Part shown: positions 8,965 through 17,947 of the stretch, piece after piece
Layout: each line of letters starts with the position of its first letter
Numbering within the stretch: position 1 is the first letter of the stretch
Assembly (NCBI GenBank): GCA_963711835.1
Contig: CAVQFQ010000004.1
Location: forward strand, 288,001-352,000
Source of the DNA: an uncultured delta proteobacterium
GTDB lineage: Bacteria; Desulfobacterota; RBG-13-43-22
DNA length: 64,000 nt
Direction: 5' to 3'
Made by a program: the position numbers and the translations under genes
Notes under the pieces: generated by a model
The model's input: only the letters and a program-made list of their open reading frames with translations
Database searches by the model: none
What the model was told of the DNA's origin: nothing

Positions 8965-10257
8965 ATGAGTCAAAACACATTTTGGTCAACCAAGGTTACA
9001 CGGAGAGATTTTCTAAAAACCACCGCCGCCGCCTCGCTGGTCGTTGGCGGATCATCGCTGTTGCCCCGACTCGCCCGGGCCGAGGCCAGGGACCACATTT
9101 TGATCGGCCATCCCACCCCGGCCACCGGGCCTATTGCAGCCTTCGGGGAAACTTCCGCCTGGGCCGACAAAAAACTGGTGGAAGAAATCAACAAGGGGGG
9201 GGGCATCTTTATCAAGGAGCTGAACAAAAAATTGCCGATCCGGGTTAAACCCATGGATACGGAAAGCAATCCGACCAAAGCGGCCGAGGTGGCTTCCAAA
9301 CTGATCCTCCAGGACAAAGTCGATTTGATGATCGTCCTCCATACACCCGATACGGTCAATCCGGTGGGGGCCATCTGTGAGCGCTACGAAGTCCCCTGCA
9401 TTTCCTCCGTAGCGCCCATTGAACCCTGGTTAACCGGTGGGCCCTACAAGTGGACCTTTCATTATTTCTGGTCCTTAGGACAAATCATTGATGTCTTTAG
9501 CGGGATGTGGAACGAAAATGCCGCCAAGACCAATAAGGTGGTGGGAGGGCTCTGGCCCAACGACCCTGACGGAACCGTCTGGGCCCAGGAGTTTACCAAA
9601 AAACTGCAAGGCGCGGGGTACAAGGTCATTGATGTGGGGCGCTTTCCCTACGGGATGCAAGATTTCAGCGGTTTTATCAGCACCTGGAAAAAGGAAAAAG
9701 TGGAAATTTTGACCGGCGTGCCGATTCCCCCGGACTGGGCCACTGCCTGGCGGCAATGCCATCAGCAGGGTTTTATCCCTAAAATGGCCACCATCGGCAA
9801 GGCCTGTTTGTTCCCGGCAGCCGTTGAGGCCATTGGCGGCACCCTCCCCCGTGGCCTGACCACCGAAGTCTGGTGGACCCCCGGGCATCCTTTTAAATCC
9901 TCATTAACCGGGCGCACCTGCAAAGCTCTGGCGGATGAATGGACCAAAGAGACCAAGCGGCAGTGGACCCAACCCTTGGGATTTGACTATGCCGCCTTTG
10001 AAATCGCTGCCGACGTCCTGAAAAGAGCCGGATCCCTGGATAAAAACAAAATCCGTGAGGCCCTGGTAAATACCAAATTGGATACGGTCGTCGGTCCCAT
10101 CAAGTTTAATGAAAAGAATTTTTCCACGACACCGCTGGTCGGAGGACAATGGATCAAAGGGTCCAAGTGGCCTTGGGAAATGCAGGTGGTCTACAATAAG
10201 GAATACCCGAAGATCCCGGCCACTGGAAAACTGCTCTTCCCAATCACCAAAACATAA
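8965..10257 (+). CDS. Liv-type ABC transporter substrate-binding protein with Tat signal
   Basis: TRRDFLK twin-arginine motif; TGPIAAFG, DTESNP, WTQPLG motifs. Confidence 0.9.
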   Translation: MSQNTFWSTKVTRRDFLKTTAAASLVVGGSSLLPRLARAEARDHILIGHPTPATGPIAAFGETSAWADKKLVEEINKGGGIFIKELNKKLPIRVKPMDTESNPTKAAEVASKLILQDKVDLMIVLHTPDTVNPVGAICERYEVPCISSVAPIEPWLTGGPYKWTFHYFWSLGQIIDVFSGMWNENAAKTNKVVGGLWPNDPDGTVWAQEFTKKLQGAGYKVIDVGRFPYGMQDFSGFISTWKKEKVEILTGVPIPPDWATAWRQCHQQGFIPKMATIGKACLFPAAVEAIGGTLPRGLTTEVWWTPGHPFKSSLTGRTCKALADEWTKETKRQWTQPLGFDYAAFEIAADVLKRAGSLDKNKIREALVNTKLDTVVGPIKFNEKNFSTTPLVGGQWIKGSKWPWEMQVVYNKEYPKIPATGKLLFPITKT

Positions 10258-10304
10258 TCCGGAGAAGGCCGGTATACCCTGAACCCCAAGGCCTTCTGAA
10301 TCAT

Positions 10305-10333
10305 CCGGGAGGGGCCGAAACCCCTCCCGGTTT
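10305..10333 (+). terminator. Hairpin after the substrate-binding protein gene
   Basis: CCGGGAGGGG-ccgaaa-CCCCTCCCGG then TTT. Confidence 0.55.
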
Positions 10334-10359
10334 AATAGCCCCAGGAATATCCAAAAAAA

Positions 10360-10549
10360 GGGATAGTCCCAAAGTTACGTGATTCTCAAACCGAAGGGGG
10401 TAGCGCCTTAAAATATAAAATCGCCCCAAAGGGCTTCAGGGGTCTTGATTTCAAGGATTGTCCGCCAAAACGCCGGCAGCCTGAACCCGGGCAGGAAATT
10501 TATAATATGAATGGTTAGCTTAATAATCACTTAACTTTGGGACAAACTC
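10360..10549. mobile_element. MITE family A, copy 2 (internally deleted)
   Basis: Ends GGGATAGTCCCAAAGTTA / TAACTTTGGGACAAACTC; flanks CAAAAAAA / CAACAAAA (near 8-bp TSD); left ~140 bp close to 16599-16745. Confidence 0.85.
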
Positions 10550-10598
10550 CAACAAAAAGGTTAGCTGGAACTGATACGGGATCCCCATTCGTCGGCCG

Positions 10599-11345
10599 AT
10601 GACTGAAAACTCTCAAATCCTCATTGTTGAGGAACTTTTTAAATCCTTCGGCAAACTGATGCCGATCTGTGACCTCAGCTTTGAAGTGCAACCCCGGGAG
10701 ATCCTCGGCATAATCGGCCCGAATGGAGCCGGCAAGACCACCCTCTTTAATTTGATCTCCGGCCGATTTAAACCGGATAAGGGTCGGATCATATTTAACG
10801 GGCAGGATATTACTTCCGCCTCAGGATACAAGCGTTGTCGGATAGGCATCGCCCGCACTTTCCAGGTACCCCGGCCTTTTGTCAATATGACCGTTTGGGA
10901 AAATCTTTTAGTCGGAGCTTTCTACGGATCCGGGCTAAAAAAGCAGCAACAGCGGGAACGGTGTGAAGCGGTTCTCGGGCAAACGGGCCTGATTTCAAAA
11001 CGCCATATCCTCACCGACACCCTGCCTCTGCTCGACCGAAAAAGATTGGAATTGGCCAAGGCCCTGGCTACCCAGCCGAAGGTATTATTAGTCGATGAGG
11101 TCGCCGGGGGGTTGACCGAAGCGGAAGTGGAAGAGGTGCTGCGGATCATCCACCAGATCCGGGAGGCCGGGGTGGCGGTCCTGTGGGTCGAACACATCAT
11201 GATGGCCATGCAGAAGGGCCCCGACCGGCTCCTGGTCATCAATTTTGGGGAAAAGTTATTTTGCGGACCCCCCCGGGAAGCCTTTGAGAATAAAGATGTC
11301 CAGGAAATCTATTTAGGCACCGAGGACCATGGAACCCCTGCTTGA
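10599..11345 (+). CDS. ABC transporter ATP-binding protein (LivG-like)
   Basis: GPNGAGKTT, ARTFQVPRPF, LLVDEVAGG. Confidence 0.9.
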   Translation: MTENSQILIVEELFKSFGKLMPICDLSFEVQPREILGIIGPNGAGKTTLFNLISGRFKPDKGRIIFNGQDITSASGYKRCRIGIARTFQVPRPFVNMTVWENLLVGAFYGSGLKKQQQRERCEAVLGQTGLISKRHILTDTLPLLDRKRLELAKALATQPKVLLVDEVAGGLTEAEVEEVLRIIHQIREAGVAVLWVEHIMMAMQKGPDRLLVINFGEKLFCGPPREAFENKDVQEIYLGTEDHGTPA

Positions 11346-12045
11346 AATCAAGGACCTGGATGTCTATTACGGTGAATTCAAAGTCCTGACCTCCATTTCC
11401 CTGCGTGTGGAAGAAGGGCAGATCGTTTCGATCCTGGGCGCCAATAACGCCGGAAAGTCCACATTGCTCAAGACCATTGCCGGCCTGTTAAAGAATAAAT
11501 CCGGCAGCATCCATTTTATGGGGCGACCGATCCATCGGCAGGAACCTTATGTCATTTTAGATCTTGGTTTGGCCCTGGTTCCTGAAGGGCGCAAGATATT
11601 TGCCAGCCTGACCGTGGAGGAGAACCTCCTCATGGGCTCCTTCACCCCCAGGGCCAGAAAAAAGAAGAACGAAGGGCTGGAGAACATTTACACCCTTTTC
11701 CCCAGATTGCAGGAACGAAGGCGGCAACTGGGAACCAACTTGAGCGGGGGAGAACAACAGATGCTGGCTATCGGACGGGCGCTGATGTCCCGGCCGCGTC
11801 TGGTAATTTTTGACGAGATTTCCCTGGGGCTGAGTCCGATCGTCGTCCAGGTCCTCTACCAGGCGGTGCGGCAGATCAACCAGGAAGGCATGACGGTGGT
11901 GCTGGTCGAGCAGGACGTAAAAAGAAGCCTGAAAGTGGCCCAATACAGCACTATCCTCCAGGAAGGGAAAATCACCCTTCAGGGTCATCCCTGGGATTTC
12001 TCGGAGGGGGATGTTAAAAGGGCCTATTTTGGATTAAAAACCTAA
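11329..12045 (+). CDS. ABC transporter ATP-binding protein (LivF-like)
   Basis: GANNAGKST, VPEGRKIF, LSGGEQQM. Confidence 0.9.
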   Translation: MEPLLEIKDLDVYYGEFKVLTSISLRVEEGQIVSILGANNAGKSTLLKTIAGLLKNKSGSIHFMGRPIHRQEPYVILDLGLALVPEGRKIFASLTVEENLLMGSFTPRARKKKNEGLENIYTLFPRLQERRRQLGTNLSGGEQQMLAIGRALMSRPRLVIFDEISLGLSPIVVQVLYQAVRQINQEGMTVVLVEQDVKRSLKVAQYSTILQEGKITLQGHPWDFSEGDVKRAYFGLKT

Positions 12046-12086
12046 TCATCAAACCCAAGTGCTCAGCCCATGGACCTTTTTTCCTT

Positions 12087-12950
12087 ATGATGGCCTATCT
12101 TGAACCTATCATCAACGGATTTCTCCTCGGCGGCCTCTACGCCGTCATAGGCATCGGCCTGTCCTTGATCTTCGGCATTATGCGTCAGGTCAATCTGGCC
12201 CACGGAGAACTGATGATTCTTTCCAGTTATTTCAGTCTGCTGGCCCTCACCCGGTTAGCCGGTTCCCCGCTCTGGACGCTCCTTTTGGTCCTGCCGGCCA
12301 TGTTTTTTTTCGGCTATTTCCTGCAAAGGATCCTGTTTAACCGGGTACTTCAAAAGGGCATGGAACCTTTCCTGATGATCTCTTTCGGGCTTTCCATTAT
12401 CCTTCAAAATGCCTTGTTGCTGATCTTCAGTCCCGACGCCCGGACCCTGGCCACCGATCTGGTTTTTAAAAGCATCAACGTCTATGAACACTTTTTCATT
12501 CCCGTGATTTACCTGGTCGATTTTGGATTGGCTTTTTTAATTTTGATCGGACTCCATTTGTTTCTGAAGCACACCTATCTGGGCTGGGCCATTCGGTCCT
12601 CGGCGGACGACCTTACCGCGGCTAAGTTGATGGGCGTAAACCCCCAAAAGATTTACGCCCTGGCCATGGGGATTGCAGCCGTCACCGCCGCAACCTCGGG
12701 CGTCCTGGTGGGGATGACCTTCACTTTTTATCCCCACTCCGGCACCCAGTACCTGATTATCGCCTTCGCCGTGGTCATAATCGGCGGCTTGGGCAGCTTG
12801 CCGGGGACCTTTCTGGGGGGAATCATCCTGGGGATCTCTCAGTTGTTGGGCGGCCGCCTCTTGGGTCCCGGACTTCAGCTCTTGAGCGGCTATTTTATTT
12901 TGCTGATCGTGCTGACCATTCGACCCCAGGGAATCCTGGGCAAACGGTAG
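12087..12950 (+). CDS. ABC transporter permease (LivH-like)
   Basis: GGLYA...GLSLIFG...VNLAHGE, IIGGLGS; hydrophobic. Confidence 0.9.
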   Translation: MMAYLEPIINGFLLGGLYAVIGIGLSLIFGIMRQVNLAHGELMILSSYFSLLALTRLAGSPLWTLLLVLPAMFFFGYFLQRILFNRVLQKGMEPFLMISFGLSIILQNALLLIFSPDARTLATDLVFKSINVYEHFFIPVIYLVDFGLAFLILIGLHLFLKHTYLGWAIRSSADDLTAAKLMGVNPQKIYALAMGIAAVTAATSGVLVGMTFTFYPHSGTQYLIIAFAVVIIGGLGSLPGTFLGGIILGISQLLGGRLLGPGLQLLSGYFILLIVLTIRPQGILGKR

Positions 12951-12956
12951 GTCTCC

Positions 12957-13895
12957 ATGGGCTCCTTCAATCTTCGACCGATAGCGGCCATTCTGATCTT
13001 GGGCCTGCTTGTTTCCCTGCCCTTCTGGACCTCCCGATATGTGGTGAATGTCTTGTTACTGATCTGCGTCCACGCGGCTTTGGCCTCCATGTGGAATCTT
13101 CTGGCCGGTTATTCGGGGATGATTTCCCTGGGGCAACAAATGTTTATCGGGTTGGGGGGTTATACCCTGGCCGTCTTATCCGTTTATTACCAGGTGCCTA
13201 TTTTTCTGAGCGTCTTTATCGGCGGCCTAACGTCTCTCCTCCTGGCCCTGACCATTTCCCGGCCGATTTTTCGCATGAAAGGGGTTTATTTTGCCATCGG
13301 CACCTGGGTGATTGCCGAGGCCCTCGGCATTTGCTTCAGCAATTGGGGTTACGTCCGCTATGGGATGGGGATGTTTATTCAACCGGCCTATAAGCTCTCC
13401 ATGTCCGTTATCTATTATGCCGCACTGATCCTGGGAGCCGGCTCCGTAGCCCTGATCCATTGGCTGCTCCGCTCAAAATTGGGGCTGGGCCTCATGGCTA
13501 TCCGTGACGATGATATCGCCTCCGAGGCCTTGGGGGTGAATATCTTTCGCTGTAAACTGACCTGCTTCCTGATCAGTGCCTTCTTTACCGGCATGACCGC
13601 CGGGGTGCTCTACCTGAATACCATCTTCATCCAGCCCTTTGAAGCCTTTGGGATCGGCTGGACGGTCAAGCTGCTCTTCATGGTCATCATCGGCGGCATC
13701 GGGACCATCGAAGGCCCAATTTTAGGGGCCATCCTGTTCGTCCTGCTGCAGCAGTATCTTTCCGAATACGTGGGTTATAATATGATCATTCTCGGAACCA
13801 TCACCATCGCCGTCATCCTGGTCGCCCCTAAAGGCATTATGGGCACCCTTCAGGAGAAACTCGGCTGGACTTTATTCAGAGTCCGCCGCCTATAA
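12957..13895 (+). CDS. ABC transporter permease (LivM-like)
   Basis: WNLLAGYSG.ISLG, GVYFAIGT, AIRDD..ASEALGVN. Confidence 0.9.
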   Translation: MGSFNLRPIAAILILGLLVSLPFWTSRYVVNVLLLICVHAALASMWNLLAGYSGMISLGQQMFIGLGGYTLAVLSVYYQVPIFLSVFIGGLTSLLLALTISRPIFRMKGVYFAIGTWVIAEALGICFSNWGYVRYGMGMFIQPAYKLSMSVIYYAALILGAGSVALIHWLLRSKLGLGLMAIRDDDIASEALGVNIFRCKLTCFLISAFFTGMTAGVLYLNTIFIQPFEAFGIGWTVKLLFMVIIGGIGTIEGPILGAILFVLLQQYLSEYVGYNMIILGTITIAVILVAPKGIMGTLQEKLGWTLFRVRRL

Positions 13896-13949
13896 AAATT
13901 TTCAAGCTCTCTGAAATAATGAGTTAAACCTTTAGAGGAGGCAAAAAAC

Positions 13950-15647
13950 ATGTTGGACAGGAGCATTTCTTCCTTACGGACCTTAAGGCCCGAAACGGAT
14001 TTTGACAAATCCATTTTCTGGTTTCGAGATGATCTTCATCAACCTTATGCCATTTCACCCATGGGTATGACCACCGTCCAGGTTCATCATGCCTGGGGCT
14101 ATCATGTAGCCGCCGCCCAAACCCAACTGCCTCCCTCCAAAGGAGGCCACGTCAAGATATACAAGGGCAAGGTCTATCTGGGATTTGCCCTGATAGAGGA
14201 CCCTGAGGAAATCGCCTCGCGTGCCCCCGCTTTCGAGAAACTGATCGATCACTGCATCGATCACTGGGATGCCTATTACCAGCGCCACATCAAAGAGGTG
14301 ATTTCCAACCTGGATACCCTTAATGGGGTGGACACGGACAAATTAATCCTCCCCCATCTCCTGGAACATCTGAAAAGAGCCGAAAAATTGAATCGTCGGA
14401 ATTGGGAAATTCATTTTATCCTGATGTACCCGGCTGATGCCGTCTATTTTGCCTTTGAAGATTTCTGCAAACAGCATCATCTGGAAGAAAAAGATTTTGT
14501 CATCATGCTGCGCGGCTTTGAAAGTATCGCCACCCAGACCGACGAGGAATTGTGGCAGTTAGCCCTATTCGCCGAAGAGTGCGGTCTGAAGGATCTGCTG
14601 ATCACCACCCCGGCCGATGATATCCTGGAAAAGTTGAACAAAAGCCTCGAGGCCAAACCCTGGCTGGAAAAATTCCAGCGCTTCCTTTCCATTTTCGGTA
14701 ATCGGGTGGTGGCCGCTCATCTGGATATCACCACCCCCACCTGGAAAGAAGACCCCGCTCCGGTCCTGGACACCATCAAAGGCTATTATCCAAGGATGGA
14801 AACAGGCTGGGATTTTTATCAATCCAAGAAGGGAATCCATGAGCAGCGGGAAAAGACCATTCAACAATTTGAGGGCCGGCTTACTACCGAGGAGGAAAAG
14901 AAGCAGTTTAAGCGGTTACTCAAGGCGGCCCAGGGGGTTTATGCCTTTCAGGAGGACCATGGTTTTTACATTGACCAGGGCTCAACGGCGGCCCTCCATA
15001 ACGCCGTCATGGCCTGTGGAAAACGCCTCTACCGACGAAAACTGATTGAAGGCATTGAGGACGTGTGTTTCCTGACCTTTCATGATTTGCTCGAGGTCAT
15101 GGAAGCCCTGGTTTATAATGATGAAATCGCCAGATACCATTACAGCGCCCTGATACCCAACCTGGTGCGGGAAAGAAAGGAAGACGCCCGCATGGCTGCC
15201 GAGTCTGATGCCCCTTTGACCTTCGGCAATGTCCCTGAAAAGATGACCGACCCGATTGGGATCAAGGTTTTCGGGATCATTGATGATATCCTTCATCCTA
15301 AAGGAGAACGGGAAATTGAGGAGCGGCTGGAGGGATTTCCGGGGGCCCCGGGAACTGCCGAAGGCCTGGCCCGGGTGGTCCTGGACTACAAGGATTTCCA
15401 AACGGTGAAAGCCGGGGAGATCCTGGTCTGCCCTTATACCGGCACGGCCTGGACTCCCCTGTTTATTAAAATCGCCGGTGTGGTGACCGATACCGGGGGC
15501 ATGCTGACCCATGCCGCCATCGCCGCCCGGGAATACAACATCCCGGCCGTTGTCGGGACCTGGAATGCCACCCGGTCCATCCGGGACGGGGATCTGATCA
15601 AAATCGACGGCAACATCGGAATCGTCGAGGTCATCAAAAGGGCTTAG
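13950..15647 (+). CDS. PEP-utilising enzyme with substrate-binding region and phospho-His swivel domain (PpsA / rifampicin phosphotransferase C-half-like)
   Basis: C-terminal G.PGAPG..EG.ARV, GEILVCPYT...WTPLF, TDTGGMLTHAAIAAREYNIPAVVG; N-terminal WFRDDLH.P..ISPMG; no ATP-grasp domain. Confidence 0.85.
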   Translation: MLDRSISSLRTLRPETDFDKSIFWFRDDLHQPYAISPMGMTTVQVHHAWGYHVAAAQTQLPPSKGGHVKIYKGKVYLGFALIEDPEEIASRAPAFEKLIDHCIDHWDAYYQRHIKEVISNLDTLNGVDTDKLILPHLLEHLKRAEKLNRRNWEIHFILMYPADAVYFAFEDFCKQHHLEEKDFVIMLRGFESIATQTDEELWQLALFAEECGLKDLLITTPADDILEKLNKSLEAKPWLEKFQRFLSIFGNRVVAAHLDITTPTWKEDPAPVLDTIKGYYPRMETGWDFYQSKKGIHEQREKTIQQFEGRLTTEEEKKQFKRLLKAAQGVYAFQEDHGFYIDQGSTAALHNAVMACGKRLYRRKLIEGIEDVCFLTFHDLLEVMEALVYNDEIARYHYSALIPNLVRERKEDARMAAESDAPLTFGNVPEKMTDPIGIKVFGIIDDILHPKGEREIEERLEGFPGAPGTAEGLARVVLDYKDFQTVKAGEILVCPYTGTAWTPLFIKIAGVVTDTGGMLTHAAIAAREYNIPAVVGTWNATRSIRDGDLIKIDGNIGIVEVIKRA

Positions 15648-15715
15648 GCCTCATAAGGGCGCCTTTCAATTCCTATCCGGGCTTATTAAGGGTCTCAAGA
15701 TAATAATAACCAACA

Positions 15716-15927
15716 GGGACCGGGGGGTCTTCTTTTCTGGGGTTGTCCAAAGGGTAACTCATCGCCCTATCCCGGCCCGAACGGCTAAAGGGGTTAGATG
15801 CAGGGCATTCACTCAAGTCCGTTTCGGGCATTAGTGGTGGCCTGTCTCTGAATCGATCCAATTTGGCCCGGCAACGAAGCTTTAGGCTTGAAGGTGGACA
15901 ACCCAGAAAAGAAGACCCCCCGGTCCC
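15716..15927. mobile_element. MITE-like element (family C) with ~33-bp terminal inverted repeats
   Basis: GGGACCGGGGGGTCTTCTTTTCTGGGGTTGTCCA (15716-15749) versus TGGACAACCCAGAAAAGAAGACCCCCCGGTCCC (15895-15927), one indel. Confidence 0.75.
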
Positions 15928-16009
15928 ATTTAATGCAAACTCCTCAGTTTCATGTCAAGACTATTATGAGACCCTTAGTTGACAACACCTGAAAGGATAG
16001 AACCACATT

Positions 16010-16535
16010 ATGTCCTCCTATGAATTTGAAGGTAAAAGGCCTCGGGTTGATACCGGGGCCTTCGTCCACCCCGAGGCGGTGCTGATCGGTGAGGTCATCA
16101 TCGAGGCCGGATGTTATATTGGAGCCGGGGCCGTCCTGCGGGGGGATTTTGGCTCCATTCACATCGGATCCGGTTCGAATATCCAGGAAAATTGCGTCCT
16201 CCATACCTTTCCCGGCAAAGGCCTCTTGCTCCATGGCAACACCCATATCGGCCACGGTTGTATTCTCCATGGCTGTGAGATCGAATCCCAGGTTTTAATC
16301 GGCATGGGGGCCATCATTGCGGATGGTGTCGTCATCCACGACTATTGTATCATTGGGGCGGGAAGCTTCGTCCCTTTTAACCTGGAAATTCCCAGCGGAA
16401 GTCTGGTAGTCGGTTCCCCGGCTAAGGTCCTCAAGACCATCACCCCCGAGCAGAGAGAACAGATTGTCAGAGGACTGGGCCTTTACCAAGGAATTAACAA
16501 CCCGTTATTTAAAATCCTTTAACAAAATCAGGTGA
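16010..16535 (+). CDS. Gamma-carbonic anhydrase / PaaY-like hexapeptide-repeat protein (probable 1-nt frameshift near the 3' end)
   Basis: LRGDFG.I.IG..SNIQENCVLH, IGHGCILHGC, LVVGSPAK; removing one base at ~16488 gives YQELTTRYLKSFNKIR* ending at 16535 (as assembled the ORF stops at 16522). Confidence 0.85.
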
Positions 16536-16598
16536 TCCGCAGGAAGTCTAACAAATGACCTTTTCGTCATTATAAGGCTCCGTCTCTCCTTTCTTTTT

Positions 16599-16933
16599 GG
16601 GGTAGTCCCAAGGTTACGTGATTCTCAAACCGAAGGGGTAGTCTCTTAAAATCTTAAATCACCCCAAAGGGCTTCAGGGGTTTTGATTTCAAGGATTGTC
16701 CGCCAAAACGTCGGTAGCCTCAACCCGGGCAGGAAGTTTATAAGTGGGTTTAGAAACAGGCCAACACCAAAGCAATTTATCGCCTTGGTGAATGCCCGGC
16801 TTCCAAACCAGCTTAGAAACTTCGGGCCGGGTTGGGGCTATGGATTCGCTTTGGCGGACAACCTTGAAATCAAGACCCCTGAAGCCCTCGACGAATGGAT
16901 GGCTTAAAAATCACGTAACCTTGGGACAAACTC
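16599..16933. mobile_element. MITE family A, copy 3 (apparently full length, 335 bp)
   Basis: 25-bp TIR GGGGTAGTCCCAAGGTTACGTGATT / AATCACGTAACCTTGGGACAAACTC; perfect 8-bp flanking duplication TTCTTTTT (16591-16598, 16934-16941); additional internal ~38-bp inverted repeat. Confidence 0.9.
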
Positions 16934-16998
16934 TTCTTTTTCCTTCACCGCCTGGGAACGGCCCTTTATTCATTCCACCCATTAGTGAAAAATTTTAC

Positions 16999-17043
16999 TT
17001 GACAAAACTTGCCGAATTATGGTTACTTTATAATTATAAAGTA
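16999..17043 (+). promoter_or_regulatory. Putative sigma70 promoter region with a perfect 20-bp palindromic operator
   Basis: TTGACA at 16999-17004; TACTTTATAATTATAAAGTA (17024-17043) contains TATAAT; -35/-10 spacing is not canonical. Confidence 0.55.
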
Positions 17044-17108
17044 GTTAATATGTGATTACAAGCAGCCTAAGCTTCCAATCATAATTTTCTAAAACTGGGG
17101 GGTTTTTC

Positions 17109-17861
17109 ATGCGACTTAAAGACAAAGCAGCCGTTGTCACCGGCGCCAGCCGGGGAGTGGGCAGGGCTGTAGCCTTAGCCTTTGCCCGGGAAGGAGCCGA
17201 TGTCATCGTCAATTATGCCTCCAACGAAGCAGCAGCCCGTGAAGTGGTTCAAGCCATTGAGAAAATGGGCCGGAAGGCGGTCATGGTCAGGGGGGATGTG
17301 GCCAAAAAAGAAGAGGCTCAGGCGGTCGTTGGCGCCGCCAAGGAGCATTTCGGCCGACTGGACGTCCTGGTCAATAATGCCGGCATTTCCCGCCCGGGCA
17401 TGCTCCACAAAATGACCGAGGCCCAATGGGATGAAGTGGTGGATCTCCACCTGAAGGGGGCCTTCCTTTGCACCCAGGCGGCTGCTCGGATCATGATGGA
17501 GCAAAAGAGCGGCAAGATGATCAACGTCACCTCCGTGGCCGGCCTGGTGGGAACCGTCGGCCAGATCAATTACAGCGCCGCCAAAGGAGGACTGCTCTCC
17601 TTCACCAAATCAGCGGCCCGGGAATTGGCCCGCTACAACATCTGTGTCAATGTCATCTCCCTGGGCATCGTCGCCACCGATATGACGGAAAAGATCCGCA
17701 GTGACCCCAAATTGCAAGAAATTTATATGAAGCGGATTTTATTGGAACATTTTGCCGAACCGGATGATATTACCCCGGCCTTTGTTTTTCTGGCCTCCGA
17801 TGAGGCCAATTACATTACCGGCCAGCTTCTTTGCGTCGACGGCGGCTATGGAATGATATGA
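17109..17861 (+). CDS. SDR oxidoreductase (FabG-like / 3-hydroxyacyl-CoA dehydrogenase-like)
   Basis: TGASRGVG, NNAG, GQINYSAAK; first gene before had-oah. Confidence 0.85.
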   Translation: MRLKDKAAVVTGASRGVGRAVALAFAREGADVIVNYASNEAAAREVVQAIEKMGRKAVMVRGDVAKKEEAQAVVGAAKEHFGRLDVLVNNAGISRPGMLHKMTEAQWDEVVDLHLKGAFLCTQAAARIMMEQKSGKMINVTSVAGLVGTVGQINYSAAKGGLLSFTKSAARELARYNICVNVISLGIVATDMTEKIRSDPKLQEIYMKRILLEHFAEPDDITPAFVFLASDEANYITGQLLCVDGGYGMI

Positions 17862-17947
17862 ACCAAAGGTACGGCAAGGTACAAGGCGGTATCTTTATTT
17901 CCCTGACGCCTGAACCTTGCGCCAATTTTTATAAGGAGGAATAGAAT

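Noticed and set aside
492-15647. Calling the cluster the canonical phenol pathway (ppsABC/ppc) or rifampicin resistance (rph)
   Set aside because: No ppc/ubiD or ppsC in the window, subunits are 12 kb apart, and the context is CoA-dependent catabolism rather than resistance
16683-17055. ORFs 16683-16907 and 16792-17055
   Set aside because: They lie in MITE and promoter sequence with no recognisable motifs
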